The notes under the pieces were generated by a model, which worked only from the letters and a program-made list of their open reading frames with translations, had not been told where the DNA came from and made no database searches. This document shows positions 26,048-39,663 of a stretch of DNA of 64,000 nucleotides, piece by piece. Where the stretch lies: NCBI GenBank assembly GCA_003971905.1, contig RSEE01000038.1:186001-250000 (forward strand). Reading direction: 5' to 3'. A program made the translations under genes and the position numbers. The first letter of the stretch is position 1. Every line of letters begins with the position of its first letter. Source of the stretch: Moniliella sp. 'wahieum'. Taxonomy: Eukaryota.

Positions 26048-26813
26048 GATTTCCCTTCAACCCCACTCTCTACAACCGTTCTATTTGTCTTCATATCTCT
26101 CGGCCGCCGCGGCTCTTTGGCCAGGCCAAGCCCACCCCGAACATCTAACCTCAACGCCTCAACCAAGCCGTACCAAAAATCTCAAGGTGGCTCCGTGAAC
26201 GGGCCGTGCATGCCCGTGTAATTGTACCAATGTCTAGCCAATGGCATTGACCTTGCCATAGTCTCAGCTAGCAGTGTCTCTCAGAAAGATCCCAATACCA
26301 CGGAAGAGCAAGCTGGTGGGGACGGCCGCCACGGGAGTTGATAATAAATGGTCCTTCATGAGTGGTCTACTAGTTAGTTAAACTCAGTAGCCAGAGCCTC
26401 TGAAGAAGAGGAGGTGCAAGCAGAAAAGTCAGAGGGCCATACCAAACCATGGCCGCGCAGCTCAAGGGCCAGATCGGCACGGGTCACGTCTTCGGAGATC
26501 TGTGGTATGGCCAGCTGCAACCTCCTTCACTGATCGCCTCATCGACTCATCGTACTACTGGTACTCAAAATCATCCCCGTCGATCATGGATCCCCACCAC
26601 CGGCACCTATCATCGATCTTCTATCGTCCCAGGCATGTCTCGGGCACTTTTGGGAAAAAGCAAGATAAAATGGCCGACGCCGGGAGTCACGCGTACGCTT
26701 GCCTAGGCAAAGGGTTTCCACTAACCACAACCCACCCAGAAAGCGACGCCTCGCATTGCTTCTCCCTCCTTCCAACCCCTCCATCACCACAACCGCCACC
26801 ACCTTTGGGCACC

Positions 26814-29211
26814 ATGGACCATCCCCATCAGTAGCTCTGGCCCTGTCCGGGCGCCCTTGGCCATGCCTCCCCTGCCGAGCTGCCAAAATGCGCTGCATTG
26901 GTCTGATCCGCCCGATGTGTGTGGCTGCCGTGCAACAGAGCGTCCGGCAAGGCCAGCCCGCCATCCCGGCTGAGACGCCGTGTCCGCGTTGTGCTCAGCA
27001 CGGTATTACCTGCACGTGGAAGCCTTGTTCTCGGACGGGCCGACCACGCAAACGCCCCCGCTCTCCATCTCCTGTGGAAGACGCATCAGCCAGTGCCCGC
27101 CAAGGCCTCCTGCGCTTCCCCCCTTACATCGGCTTCTACTTCCAGGACAGCGACCTCGACCACGCCAGACCTCAGCCCGCCGTGACATCCACCCCTAACC
27201 CTGTCATGAGTGGATCAGAGTTGCTCCAGACGGACAAGCCTTGGCGGGAATGGGAGCTAACGGCCCTTTCTACACTCTTACCGGAAGTCGGTACCGCCCC
27301 TGCTGGCTCCTTGGCCCCAGCTACCCGCTGGATGGAGGCCAACCCCCAAGTGGACCTGCTCCAGTCTCTGTTTTGGCCTACCCCCGACACATTCTCTTCT
27401 CTGGCCGTCCCAGATGCCAGGACGGGCGTGCCCTCCATGCCTCTCTTCCCCGCCACTGCGCCAGGAAACGAAAATGGACCTTCTCCTGGTAGCGCTTCCT
27501 CCAGCACATGGAGGAAAGAGAGCGAATCGCCAATGTTGGGCCATCCTAGCACGAGAACAAGCCACGATCTTGGTTTGTCCGTTCTTTCCACTTTATCCAA
27601 GGGACGGCGGAGAGTTGCCAGACGCAACTGCAACCGTCTACACCACTTACCTCACCATCAGCAGAGGAAACGGATTCCGGCCGCGCTGCCTCACAGTCTA
27701 ACCCTCTCAAAGCACTGCACGAACGCATCCTCGCTGTCGGAGCTCTCTCTACCCCTCAGGCTCTGCAGATCGGATCAGATGACGAGACCAGTACAGGGTA
27801 TGTCTTTGTCTTCTGTTTGTTCCCTTTGCGGACACACTTACTCATGTGCCCTTATTAGAATCGACCGTTTTTCAGCAGTTTTGCTCTTTCCCTCCCCATC
27901 TTTGGCTCTCAGTCTGACTTTCTGGAGTGGGAGGAGCGTGGATTGTCTACGCTGGCCATTGCGTTTATGGGCCATAACTGTGTCCTCGGTGCCGAAGCAC
28001 CGGAGACCAAACAAGCCCTTATTTTGGCACATGGGCAATGGAGTCGGTTGGTACAGAGCCCACAATGGGGGCTGCTCTTCACTCTCCCTGACAAGCGCTA
28101 GATGCTTGCTTGCACACTGTCCTGGCATACGGACATTACGGCCGACACTCGCTTGCAGAGGCGGAACAATGCATGGCACGGTTCCTCGAACTTGCCCTCG
28201 CTTGTCGTTTGACTCAGCTCGACGACCCAAATGAGCAAGGGGAACTTGCCATCTGGGCTCATCGGACGGGGATGGACCTGACTGCCCGTCGCCTTTGGGC
28301 CGACTTTTTCGCCGCCGACGTGATGATGCACATTTCGACGTCGGGGAGGATGGAACGGCAGTTCCTTCCTTCCGAGCAACAGGCGGTCCGTATTGATGGG
28401 GCGCTGGATGTGGGATTTGAAAAAGACGCAGACGATGCCGATGCGGCGTACCGCGCGCTCGACGGGGTGACGATAATGTACGAAGCGGTGCGCGGTCCGA
28501 GCATGTTCCCATCGGGCGCGCCCGATCTGGGTCGACTTGCCTCCCTGGACCGCATGCTACAGAACTTGATCAGCGATGCGCAGCAGGGCTGGATGGCGTG
28601 TGTACGGTCACCTCCCAAACCGGACTGCATGCACATGGAACGCGCAAGTAATTCTGTTCGATTCCTTGGTCGCTGCCCATGCTAGCCGCATTCATCTCCA
28701 CCGCCGTGCTTGGTTCGGGCGTGCCTTTGGACTTGGATAGTTGCTCCTTCCGCTGGAAGGGGGAGGCTGCTCCGGTTCAGGGAGATGGGACGTACGTACC
28801 AGACCCCAAGTCGCTCCAATCCAGCGTCCAGATCATGGTGGAGGCAGCGGATAGCATCCTCCTCCTCACCCAACTCGACTCACAACGGGCCTTTGAGCGG
28901 GTCACCGCGCAGGCAGCCAATCCTTCCGACTTGAACTTCCTCCCGATCCATTGGCCGATCTGGGGCTGCTGCCAGATGGTGGCATCCTATGCGTATGTGG
29001 TCATGGTTGCTGCCAATACCTCGCGCCCGGGAGAGATGAGTTCGGCGATGCGCAAGGGTACCTGGCGCAAACGCGAGGCTGTCAGCAATATGGCGTTTTG
29101 TGAGGCAACCCTCGGTCACGGATCCAAGGTCTTCCCCCTCTACCGGCTCTTCCGCACAGAGATCATCGTTGTCGCTTGGCTGTCGACGCCAGTGCCGGCC
29201 AAGCCGACTAG
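26814..29211 (+). CDS. Zn(II)2Cys6 fungal transcription factor; likely intron ~27798-27877; frameshifted; ends approximate
   Basis: CLPC-RAAKMR-C-x28-CPRC-AQHGIT-C followed by the basic RTGRPRKR; long downstream coding region with a middle-homology-like RRLWADFFAADVMM segment. Confidence 0.75.
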
Positions 29212-29986
29212 AAAGCCTACTTGTGCACTGTATTTTATTTGTTGCGTTTTAGCCACTATCGAGCGACATACCATGTCCGTTTTCGACACCACAGATTGCA
29301 GGCGAAGCAAGATTGGTTGGGCTTCCTTCAAACGGTTAGTATGTTACAGCTTGCAGCTCACGCTCATATAGTCCAGTGCAAAGGGGGTTGATGTCAACCA
29401 TGGCTTCCCCCGTTCCTTCTACAGACTCCAGCCGCCAAGTTCGTGGCCCTATCCACCTCCTTGACCATCATATGAACTGGTAGGACATGGAAGAATTGAG
29501 GTCCTCACGAAAACACACCAATGCCATCGGGAGTCTTCAAAGAAACACGCCAATAGTGGTGCCAGATTTTCGCCGAGTGTATTTGTAACAGGGGGCGTAC
29601 TTTAGTGCACAGGACTTCAGCAGCACTGCAATTGATCTCATAATGGGCAACCGGTTCCTAGCGCCCGCCGCACTACAGGTACCTATGGAACAACATTTAC
29701 CAAAGAACAGAGGAACTTGGTGAAAAAAAAAGAGCTAAGAGCAACGGGGACCCTAAGAAAGTGAATCAAAGGGCGTTCTCACAAAGGATGAACTATCAGA
29801 TGCCCTGTAGCTGTGCAAGCAAAGGTCGGCTCAAGTCAGTGGAATGTCGCGAAAGTAAGGGCGTTGATAGCCACGTACCCATCATCCATGGCACATGCTC
29901 CTGCGTATTCATAGCCTCCTGAGGAGACGCTGGGCACATCTAATCCATAGTGAACGCGCTTCTAGAGCGTGTAGATTAGGAGGTTC

Positions 29987-30262
29987 TTACGCCTTCCTGT
30001 TCTTGTTCTCAGGAGCGACAGCCCACGAGCGGCAATGTGCTTGAGGATGGACTTGGCCTCAAGGTCGGGATGCTCCGCCTTGATGATCGGGTACGTCTTC
30101 TTGACGAAGAGGTTGTACTGTCGGCTCGCGCTTGGGCTTGGCGTCGTGGGCGTCGACGCTGGCGGCCTTCTTGGGCAGAAGCGCCGGAGCGGAGAGGTGG
30201 AGGGAGCGGACGGCGGCAGGCGTGGCGCGCGCGGTGGAGCGAAGAGCAGGGGCGAAGAACAT
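29987..30262 (-). CDS. Small HMG-box/YABBY-like protein with mitochondrial-type presequence (two apparent frameshifts)
   Basis: MFFAPALRSTARATPAAVRSLHLSAPALL followed by KPKR..QYNLFVKKTYPIIKAEHPDLEAKSILKHIAAxWAVAPENKNRKA*. Confidence 0.7.
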
Positions 30263-31648
30263 GGCAGCAAGGTCAACCGGAGGTGAAAGTGGTGGTGAGG
30301 AGGGTACAGGCTGCCCGCCGCGGCTGGCCTGTTGTTGCTCTGACGATCCAATCGGCCCCCGCTGAGAGACGCGTCGAGTTGTGACGTAACCCACTGTCCC
30401 CGTGCTGTGGGCAGCGCAGGGGCAGTGTATCGTAAGCCTCAGCGCGCAGGCTGGGCCTCCGCCTCGGCCAGGAATAATAGCCGAGCGAGCTACATTCCTC
30501 CCATCGCTATTCCGCCCTTCTCCACTTGGCCTGTTGGGGCCGATAGGGGCCGGTTATGCGTGCATCAATGGGATTTGGTATTGATAAACGCGCGGTTAAA
30601 TATCCATCCCAGCGCAATGCTGGGTGGTTTTGGTGGCGGTCTCTGGTCTTTCTGCCGCCGTCGGCCATCCCTCCTCTTGGCTTGATGGTGATGGATGAGG
30701 TGCTCGAAAGCGCCGGTGGCGTTGGTATCCATCGCGTGCTGGATCCTGGCCTCCTCACCGGTCACCCCCAGCTGTACGAGACATGGGCGCGCCAATCCGG
30801 CGATGGTCTCAGCGTGACCTCTTCATGGACATTTGGCGCCGCCGATGCGCTTAACGGCATTGGTGCCTTCCCATGGCTCACGCGCTCATCCAGATACTTA
30901 GAATGCCTTGCGCAAAACGCCAATAGCAAGTTGCCCTCCTCTGAAGCAACTTGAAGCTGAAACCTAAAGCTTGAAGCTCGAAGTCACTAGTCAATATTGA
31001 AGTCAATATTCAAACAACTCAATGGCCTCAGGGGTGTAAGGGTAGGGCGATACGCGTGAGACCAAGTAACCAAGGGAAGCAAAGGATGCACTGGTAGCGC
31101 CGGTAGCGGGAAGGAGAACATTATCGGCGAAGAGGAGAGAAACTAGTAAGATCAGAGATCTGAGAAATTTTACTGATTAGCTAAGAGGACCGTGACAACG
31201 GGGAAGGCCAACTTGAACATGCCAAACGTCACGCCGTCACGCGCGTCAGTACGCGCCAACATCCAATGTATTGAACCAACCCATGGAGTTCCAACAACGC
31301 TGAGGGTGAGGCGGGTGGTGGGAAGTGAGAATGGTGGGGCTCACATCGGCCGATTGTGGTCGCCCCCCCTGGCCCGACTATTCGCCAGTCACCAGCAGTC
31401 ATTAATAATGAAATTAATGGTTCCAGCACGGCGCCAGTCTCCCGTCGTGCTTATTTCCAACCCACAAGTGAAATTGCGCGGCAGCATCATGCATCATGCA
31501 TCCTGAATCATTGATCACCAACTGCTTGCACCGATAGCGTGTGTGGTGCAGTGCGCATTCCCCGTTCCGTTCTACTAGCCTTGACTCTTAGCCGCGCGCC
31601 TGGGACCCAGCTGCCTTGCTCTTTCCCCCACCACCCAGTACATCCAAC

Positions 31649-32185
31649 ATGGCCACCAAGATTGCCGCATCGTCCCTTGCGGAACACAACAAGGCGTCCG
31701 ACTGTTGGATGGCGATTCATGGCAATGTGTACAATGTCACTGACTTTATCGACGAGCACCCGGGGGGCGATGAGGTGCTGCTGGCCGAGGCTGGCAAGGA
31801 CGCGACCGAAGCATTCGACGATGTGGGCCACTCGGATGATGCGCGGCAGTTACTAGACCCGATGAAGGTGGGCCAGCTGGATGGCGTGGCGGTACGTTTT
31901 CTGAAAATATTGGGAGACCAAACAAAGACCTGTATGGGATACTGATCTCTCTTTTCCGTTTCCTCTTTACAGAAGTCCGGCCCTTCCCCACGGTTGCCAC
32001 GGCTCCCAAGCAAGGTGGATCGTACGTCCCCTTTCTCTCTCCCTTTCTCTCACCTCCTCTCTGCATCAAGATACTGACCCTTCAATTTCCATCCCCACAG
32101 GAACTCGTTGCTGATGTTCATTCCCATTGGCATTCTCGCTGCGTACTATGGTTACCAGTACTACCTTGCCCAGCAGGCCAAGTGA
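31649..32185 (+). CDS. CYB5: Cytochrome b5, tail-anchored; introns ~31892-31971 and ~32022-32100
   Basis: [44 protein letters not shown]; last exon encodes hydrophobic [20 protein letters not shown]. Confidence 0.93.
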
Positions 32186-33299
32186 GTACGAAGTGCCGTA
32201 TGTATGCACCTTTTCTATCTTGGACTTCCCCATCGGCTGTACTTGGCCTTTGAAGCTTGATGATTGATGCCTGATGCATGATGTGCATGGTGCTCGATGG
32301 TGGGGTTCGTTGGCCTACGGCCTGACAATGCTACGTGATGCTTACGATTTACCTAGTAACTGGCCATACCTGTCTATGCGACTGAAGAAAGGCTGGAACA
32401 GGTTCTCGCGGTAGGATTACTTACATGGTGCCATTTGGGAGGGAACCAGACGGTAGTCGATGAGCTGATCGGACTAAGCCAAGCAAGAAACCGGCGTGGC
32501 ATGCACAGCCATTATTGCCAGAGTTGAACGTGAAAAAAGTAGCTACCGTCGGTCTTGATCCGACGACCTGTGGGTCACACGACAACTTATGAGCCCACCG
32601 CTCTTCCGCCTGAGCTAGGTAGCTGCTTGGAAGGAATTATTTTGTCTGCAGAGGCCCAAGGGGAAGTCGACTCTCAGGACTGAGGTATTCGTGGACCATT
32701 TCCCCTCTCACAGCCATCCTTAACCCCAACCTCTCTCAACCACAATATTCTTCGGGGTAAACGACTAGAAGCACTGCCACTACAGTGGGAATGGGCGCGG
32801 CTAGGGTGATGGTCACTGGGAAAGAAGGGATCTTGCGTGGGTCCGTCGCTGTGGTACTGGCCAAGGGATCCTCATGAGTACTGAACTGAGTCCTCTAGGT
32901 CCTCTTCCTCACTTGCACGAACGAGAAAAAGAACGCATCCGTGTCGTGGTACAACAACAATTCGCGACATTATAGGTATGCGTAAGGAATTGAAGAAACA
33001 AACAGTGACCTCCCCAGGCAAGTCATATAAGGGGTGGGTGGGGGAAAGTATAGGCACAAAAAGATGAGGATGGGGGGTGGACGGAACAGCAAAACAGCGA
33101 AGAGATGCGATCAACCAACGACAAGTCGATGAAAGGAGGAGGAATTGGGGTAACACGCGGTAGTAGTACTGATGTACTGAAGGAGACAGGGAGAGTGGGG
33201 CTCTGGCATCGGGATATGCCGGTAAAATAGTGATGTGGAGAAACAAAGGACCGACCGGGATGCATGATGTATGGTGCCTTGTTTCACGGACGTCAAGGG

Positions 33300-35027
33300 C
33301 ACATGTGGCCCCCTAAGTAGTTGATTCTCCCTTGCGCGGCCCTTACTGGGGCTGCGAAGCGTTCGCCAGGGGGTGAGTGAAGTGGTCGGGCTGCAGGGGC
33401 GGGAGCGAAGCAAACGCCGGCGTGGGCGGCACACCTTCCAACGAAAACGATTGAATGCCACACGACGAGTTCCACATCAACCCCGCCACGTGCCCTACAT
33501 CGGGAACGACACAAAATCGGTGCCGGAACAAGTGCGCACGCGTACGCACGTCACTCACAGGCGTATGGGCCGTATACGTATAGCCGGCCGTCTGGTTGAG
33601 CAAAGCACCCACGGGCAAGGTGGAGTTTTGCAATGACGTATGAGGAGGGAGGAGGGCTCGCAGTTCGTTGTAAAACGGGAACTGGGTCACGTTGGTGGGG
33701 GAACCGGCAAGCAAATTCTTGTAGACCCACCAGGCATAGTTCCGGTCCCGTCGGTCGTCTCCACCTTGGGCTTCGACGGAGCAAGCGTAGTCCCCGACAG
33801 GGAACCAACGACGAGTGTCCATGTTGCCCTGGAGGGCGATGATGTCCCGAGCGAGGTAGCGCCTAAAATAGGTGGATGGTTAGTTCATCGGCCAAAAGGG
33901 GCCATGTGGTGGGGTTGTAGGCGGAGGAAGGGGGGGAAGGGGAGGGCATACCTGTAGAGCCTTGACTCGGGCAAGGTGAGCTTGGAGGCCATGTAACGCG
34001 GTCTTGGTTCCTTGCACATAGTCCCAATCATCCCATCCTGGGCAATTCTCCGTATGGGTAGCATTGGGCCGTTGGGAGGTCCAGTAGGCAAAGTTGGGCG
34101 CGTTGGCATGGACAAAGCGGAGGGTGATGTTGGATCCATGGGGCGGGTCGGAACTGACCATGGCGTATCGGCTCATGAGCGCTGCACCGCCCGAATGGCC
34201 AGCAAAGACGATGCGTTGCATGTTGGGGTAGAGGGAGGTATTGGTAAACAGGTCAAAGAAGCGGTCATGCACATCGTATGTGCTGCATGCCGCACCTTTC
34301 CCCACCACCTCGGGGGAAGCAGCGACCGAAGCATTGGGCGCCACTGGATCCCCCGCCCACCCAAGAATCAAACTGGTCCCACGCCAGCGTTTGCGACGCA
34401 TTAAACCAGTTGGAGTAAGCGCCATTCTTGTGCAACCGAGGCACGTCGGTAGGGTAATAAAAGTTGGGCGAGACGAGCACCGTCGTGTCAAGGTCAAGAA
34501 TGGGGGCCAATGCGGCAAAGGCGACATCAAAGTTACGCCCAATCCCATGTTGGACCACGACAGCCATCGTTGCGTTGGGGTGCTGTGCCTTCTGGGTCGG
34601 CCCACAGGGAGGAGTGCATGAGGGGCACAGTGGCCTGGGTGACGTTAGGGCACGGGGCGAATCGCAAAAACGTGGCTCCCACCGGAGAAGGGGGCAGAGA
34701 ACGTTTCGGGCTGGAGCCAGGGCGATGTTGTTCATCCGAATCTTTGTGTTTGTGGTGACTCAGTCCAACCCCCAGACTACACCCAGCGCGATGGCCAGCA
34801 CAATGACGGTTGCGACAACCGCTGAGAAAATGTAGATGCGCTTGCGCCGGGTGGGTGGAGGCCGAAGGGCGTGTGCCTTGCTCCGTAAAAGGAGAGGAGG
34901 CCGCACCATCCGCGTTCAACGGGTCTAGATGGAGCAAGCCGACGTTCGACGTCGTTTTGTCGCCCAGGTCGGTGGTAGTGCGAGGTGTGCCGTCGGGAGA
35001 CGAGCCTTGTGAAGGGAAGGCCGACAT
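33300..35027 (-). CDS. Membrane-anchored alpha/beta-hydrolase-fold protein; intron ~33875-33950; frameshifted; 3' end uncertain
   Basis: TM IFSAVVATVIVLAIALGV, VVVQHGIGRN, nucleophile elbow IVFAGHSGGA, candidate catalytic His in VPDVGH; several N-glycosylation sequons. Confidence 0.7.
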
Positions 35028-38000
35028 GACGACGGGAACGGAGGGAGTGTGGGGGGCGGAGGGAGGTGAGAGAGCTGTGGGGCTGAACAAGGTGGCGGCA
35101 AGACGGAGCCGAAAAGGGCACGCCGCTTTGCTGGAGGTTTCGCGTGTACCTTGAAGTTGGGGGGACTATTGAAGGCTAAAGCCGTTGAAGCGTGAAGCTT
35201 GAAGCTGAGCTGAGGCGCTGAGGCTCGACGGTTGAGTTGAAGTGCCATGTGCCTGGCATGGCGACTGGCCCATCGGAAGTCCGAAATCAGATCTGGGTTG
35301 GTAATAACGCAATCATCCATCCTGAAAGACGCGAGCATCCACGCGGGCAGCAGGGTGGGCAAATGTGTGTGTGACCGGATGCCGAGAGCAGACAAAATGC
35401 GCGCTCTGGCGCTACGGCAGGAGTTGCATGGATGTGGCTTGTGCAATGCTCGATGATCGATGAGCCCGAGATCGAGTCTGAGATGGGATGGGATGGCAAC
35501 CCAAAGACGAAGGAGGGGCCGTGGGAACGAGGCAAGCAGGAAAAGAAACGGGACGGGGGTGTGTTGGACACGTTGGACGGTTGAGTTGGACAGTGGCAAC
35601 ATGTGGCACCCGCTAGGTAGCTAGAACTAGGCACTGCATCCTGCCAGTTGGGGCAACGTCAATGTGATGGCCCACCCAACCCCGCCACCAGCACTGTGTG
35701 AAGGCAAGCCGGCAGAAGAAGTGAGCGCTGAGCTGGAAAGCGGAGCAGGACTGGCGCCGTGCCCCTCGTGCCTCGGCCCTTTGCATCGCCGAAGTTTAGC
35801 ATACGTTGAACGTGTAACATGCAACCTGCAACGCGCGCCGGGCGCGGTACCGGTTACCCTTTTGAGAAACAAGGAAGAAAAACCCAGGGGCACTTCATGT
35901 ACATAACACCGGTCACCGATCAGCGCTGGCGCTGAGGCCCTGAGGCATCAGGCGCGCTCAGGGGTCACGCATCACGCGGTCACACGTCACACGCGTCACA
36001 TGACATGCCTGGCACCGCTGTTGCATTCTGGGAAGGTGGCAGGAGGCCGTAGCAGGTAGGCTGTGTGGGCTGGGTGGGCTGGGTGGCCGCTAGTCGCATG
36101 TCACATGTCACATGTAACATGTCACAGTGGCTCTAAAGCTAGTGCTGGTGAGTACGTTGAGTGAGCACGAACGAGCGTCAAGCGCTCAGGTCAGGCGCAC
36201 CCTGCGCGATCAGCACGAGCACACAGGCAGTGCCGGATGGCCTGCGCTTCCAACGTTGCAACGCCCAAACCGCGCAGGGATCCTCGTCTCCTTGTCTGCC
36301 TTCTCTGCCCTGCCGCCTCCAAGCTCCCTGGCCACTGCTTCCACTGCCTTGAAGCGGAAGTAAGCGCTAAGCTACGCTGGAAGCTTCATCGATCATCCGG
36401 GTAATTGGATCATCTCGATCATCAGATCCAGCCGCGGCCAAACAGCGCGGCATCTCCTGGCATCTCGTGCCGCCAGGGTCTGAAAGGCCTTGAAAGCACA
36501 CGTGTCAAGTATCAACCACGTGACCAGGGTTACGTTCAAGGCTGCTAGGCGCCAGAGGCATAGCAAGCACGCTAATGACTCGGACTATATTCCAGAGTAC
36601 TGGCCGGTGGTGGCATAGGTGGAAAAGGGACGCCACTGATTGCCAAAAATGACATGGGACAAGTAGACGCGGATAAATCGATCCCGGCGAGAGTCTCTCT
36701 AGATACAATGCCTTCTTTCTATCAGATCTGGAGCCAACTTCAACTCCACGTTCCCGCCCTGACTAGCTTGACTGCAGCCGTCCCCATGATGACATGTTAC
36801 TGATAGCCTGAGTACGGGGCATATGGCACGGTTGCGTTGCAGTCGGGTGAAGCACGTCCAGTGTTTATTAACTCGTGCGCGAGGCCGCCCCATTTACGAC
36901 CTCGAACTTTGTGCTCCGCCCCGCCCCCTGTGCTGGAGACGCCTTGCGCGCGCGCCTTCCCTCGGTTGCATTATCACCACTTGCGTTCGACGGCACCCCT
37001 CTGTCATTTTGGGACCGCATACCACCGTGCCCACTGGCCAGTTCATCAGCCCTTTGACACATATACCACTTTTAGTTTGCAGGACTGACTCTGCTCTGCG
37101 CGTACCTTTTTGTGATATGTGTGTAATAGGAACGAGATTGCTTTGGATGTCGATGGTATTCATTCAGGGTGCATATGGAATCGTGCTTTATATCCCAGAG
37201 GAAAAGGAGAAACAATCGTACGGTAAACCACGCTTGATGATGGAGAGAGGCACAAAAGGTCAAGGAGGATCTGGAACAGAGGGTCATACGCACACCCGGT
37301 GGGTAAGTGTGTGTGACCCCTTCACTCCCACCGGTCGCCTTTGAGGATTTGGATCTCGACATGGCCAAGACAAGCAAGGCGAGGCTCCTCCCCGATCCAA
37401 TGGATCCGGGAGACGGAAGGGTTAGAAGATCATTGCAGTGGAGAGAGAAGGAAGAGAAATCAGCATCCTTACAAAAGAATCATGCCATGGGTGCGCTGAA
37501 GAAATGGACGAGGTAGCGCCTTGGTTAGCACATCGCGGCATTTGGCGGCGCCAGGTATGTGCTCAAGAGTGGCCCGACGCATGGCAGCCCGGTATAATCG
37601 ATGTGGCGCAGACGACCCGTTTCGTGCCACACGGACAACATCATCGTAAGCGGCTTGGCAGTCGCTGCAGATGTGAATGGGATGAGCGGGAGGTAAGACA
37701 TCAAACTCGACTAGGACGTTGCGGAGGTACTAAGCCTGTTGCAGACCCTCGCCATTCGCCACATACTCTGCTGCGGTGGAGTAAGTGAGAAGGGTATGAG
37801 GGTGGCTTGCCCACATGGCTGGTACCCCCAGACGAATGTAACGCCGACGATGAGCACATTGGCAATTGCAGGAACAATGACCGCCTCTCCTCAACCAGAG
37901 CATGTGCTGTCTTCACCACACAGCGTGGAATATTTACCACACCACGGTCCGTTCAAGTAATCGCCGGATCCATGTCCTATAGTCGCACGGGGCACTGCCT

Positions 38001-39663
38001 ACATTGCGCCGGGGGGATGGGTTCCTGATCCTTGACGTACTTTGGAGATGAGACTGTACTCCAGCCGCCACGGGAGAGAGTCCACGGTGCAGCGCGCATG
38101 CTCCGGGTGTATCTTTTGATGAACTTCGATTGGCGAACGCACTCGAGCCCCACCAAATGGTGTCAGACTGGATGAGTGTGTTTTGTCCGTCGTCCTGTCA
38201 TGGCGCCTTGGGTACGGTGGCTCAAAAAGGGGCGCGCAAGGGGAAGCGGCGGTACAGCACAACGTTAAAACGCACTTGAAGAACCCCCCGCCATCATCCT
38301 GGGGGATGGGAAGTAAGCTACCTAATTCTACCAAACAGCTCCGTCATCATATTGGCGATGACCTGATACGGCCGGAAAACCAGACGGGGGGGCTGTGGCA
38401 AAACATTGCCATCAACAAAAGGGCCGATTCCCAACATCACGACGGTACTAAGAGGCCGCTTTATGCCCCTCTCCTTTAGGCTATCGACGGAAATGCGACG
38501 ATCTGGCCTGCCCTCTCTGAATATCCGGATTGGTTTCTCCATTTCTCTCTCTCTTCGGTATATTCAATCTAAAGGGGGGGAGGGCCATCTATGGGAGTTA
38601 AACGATATGCTTCAGATTGGGGGGGGGGGGGCATTCGCTAAGCATTCTCCTCCAACGTTGTTAACCCTCCCTCCTTAGGCTGGGGCGGCAGAAACGGACG
38701 CTTGGAAGAGCAATGAACAACGGTGCAACACTTGCCATGGGAGCAGAAGGAATCTCCTCCCCGCGCTCCATCTCGAAATGACTGTGTATGTTCCATTCTC
38801 AGGAAGGTCGCACTTTTTGGCATACCACACATTCGTTAAATGTGAGAGACCTAGACCATTGTGGGTGCACCATCGTTGTCCTTTGGTTTGTGGTGAGCCA
38901 ACCAAACGGAAGGGAAGGTCTTGTAAACCTTTGCATTTGTGACTGCGCTATTGATTACTCTCCCGCACATCAGCCCTCGCCCCGCGGATATTTTCTGTCG
39001 TTTCCCACCGACTCAAGTGGCAAAAACTCATTCTGGTGGCAGTCGAGATGGAGCAGAAGATAGAACAATCATTTGTCTTCGTCGCTCGCATGGGAGGAAG
39101 AGCAAGAGTTCCAGGCTCTGTGCGGGCACAGTGCACATCATAGCGAGTTCTCTGTGCGTGTGGTCTGCAGAGAGTCTCGTACTACTATAATTTGTCCGAA
39201 GCCCCATTTTTTGCTGTCGAGATACATTATGCTACAGAGATCGAAGAGGACAGAAGGGGAGGGGAGGAGGGGAGGCGAAGGGAGCGCTGCTGTATGCAGT
39301 GGGGCCAAATGCCGTGGGGATGGCCGCAACACAGAGGGAGGAGGAAGCAGGAAACCGAAGGCGGGCCGAGAGGGACTCTGATGGAGACTGCGGGGCGATG
39401 GGGCGAGCGGTGAGCATGCTGATCGCCGATCGCTGATCGGCCATCGACGCATGAAAACCCAGTCGGGGAAAGAACGGCCGGCAGTTGCCGCATGCGATGG
39501 CCGCCTGTCACGCACATCATGCTTCACGTCAAAAGCATTACCTCAGCAGTCCCATGCTGTCGCCGGCAGACTCCACTCTTGGTTTTCAACGTGGTCTGTT
39601 CCTGCCACCTGAGAACTGCCTCCCCCTCTCCGCCGGGCTGCTCCAAGGTACGGTGAGAGCAGG

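Noticed and set aside
32586..32597. TTATGAGCCC resembling the copia half-tRNA-iMet PBS
   Set aside because: No adjacent LTR end or paired repeat; likely chance.
26814..35027. Secondary-metabolite cluster (Zn2Cys6 factor, cytochrome b5, hydrolase)
   Set aside because: No backbone enzyme (PKS, NRPS, terpene synthase) or transporter; neighbours are housekeeping genes.
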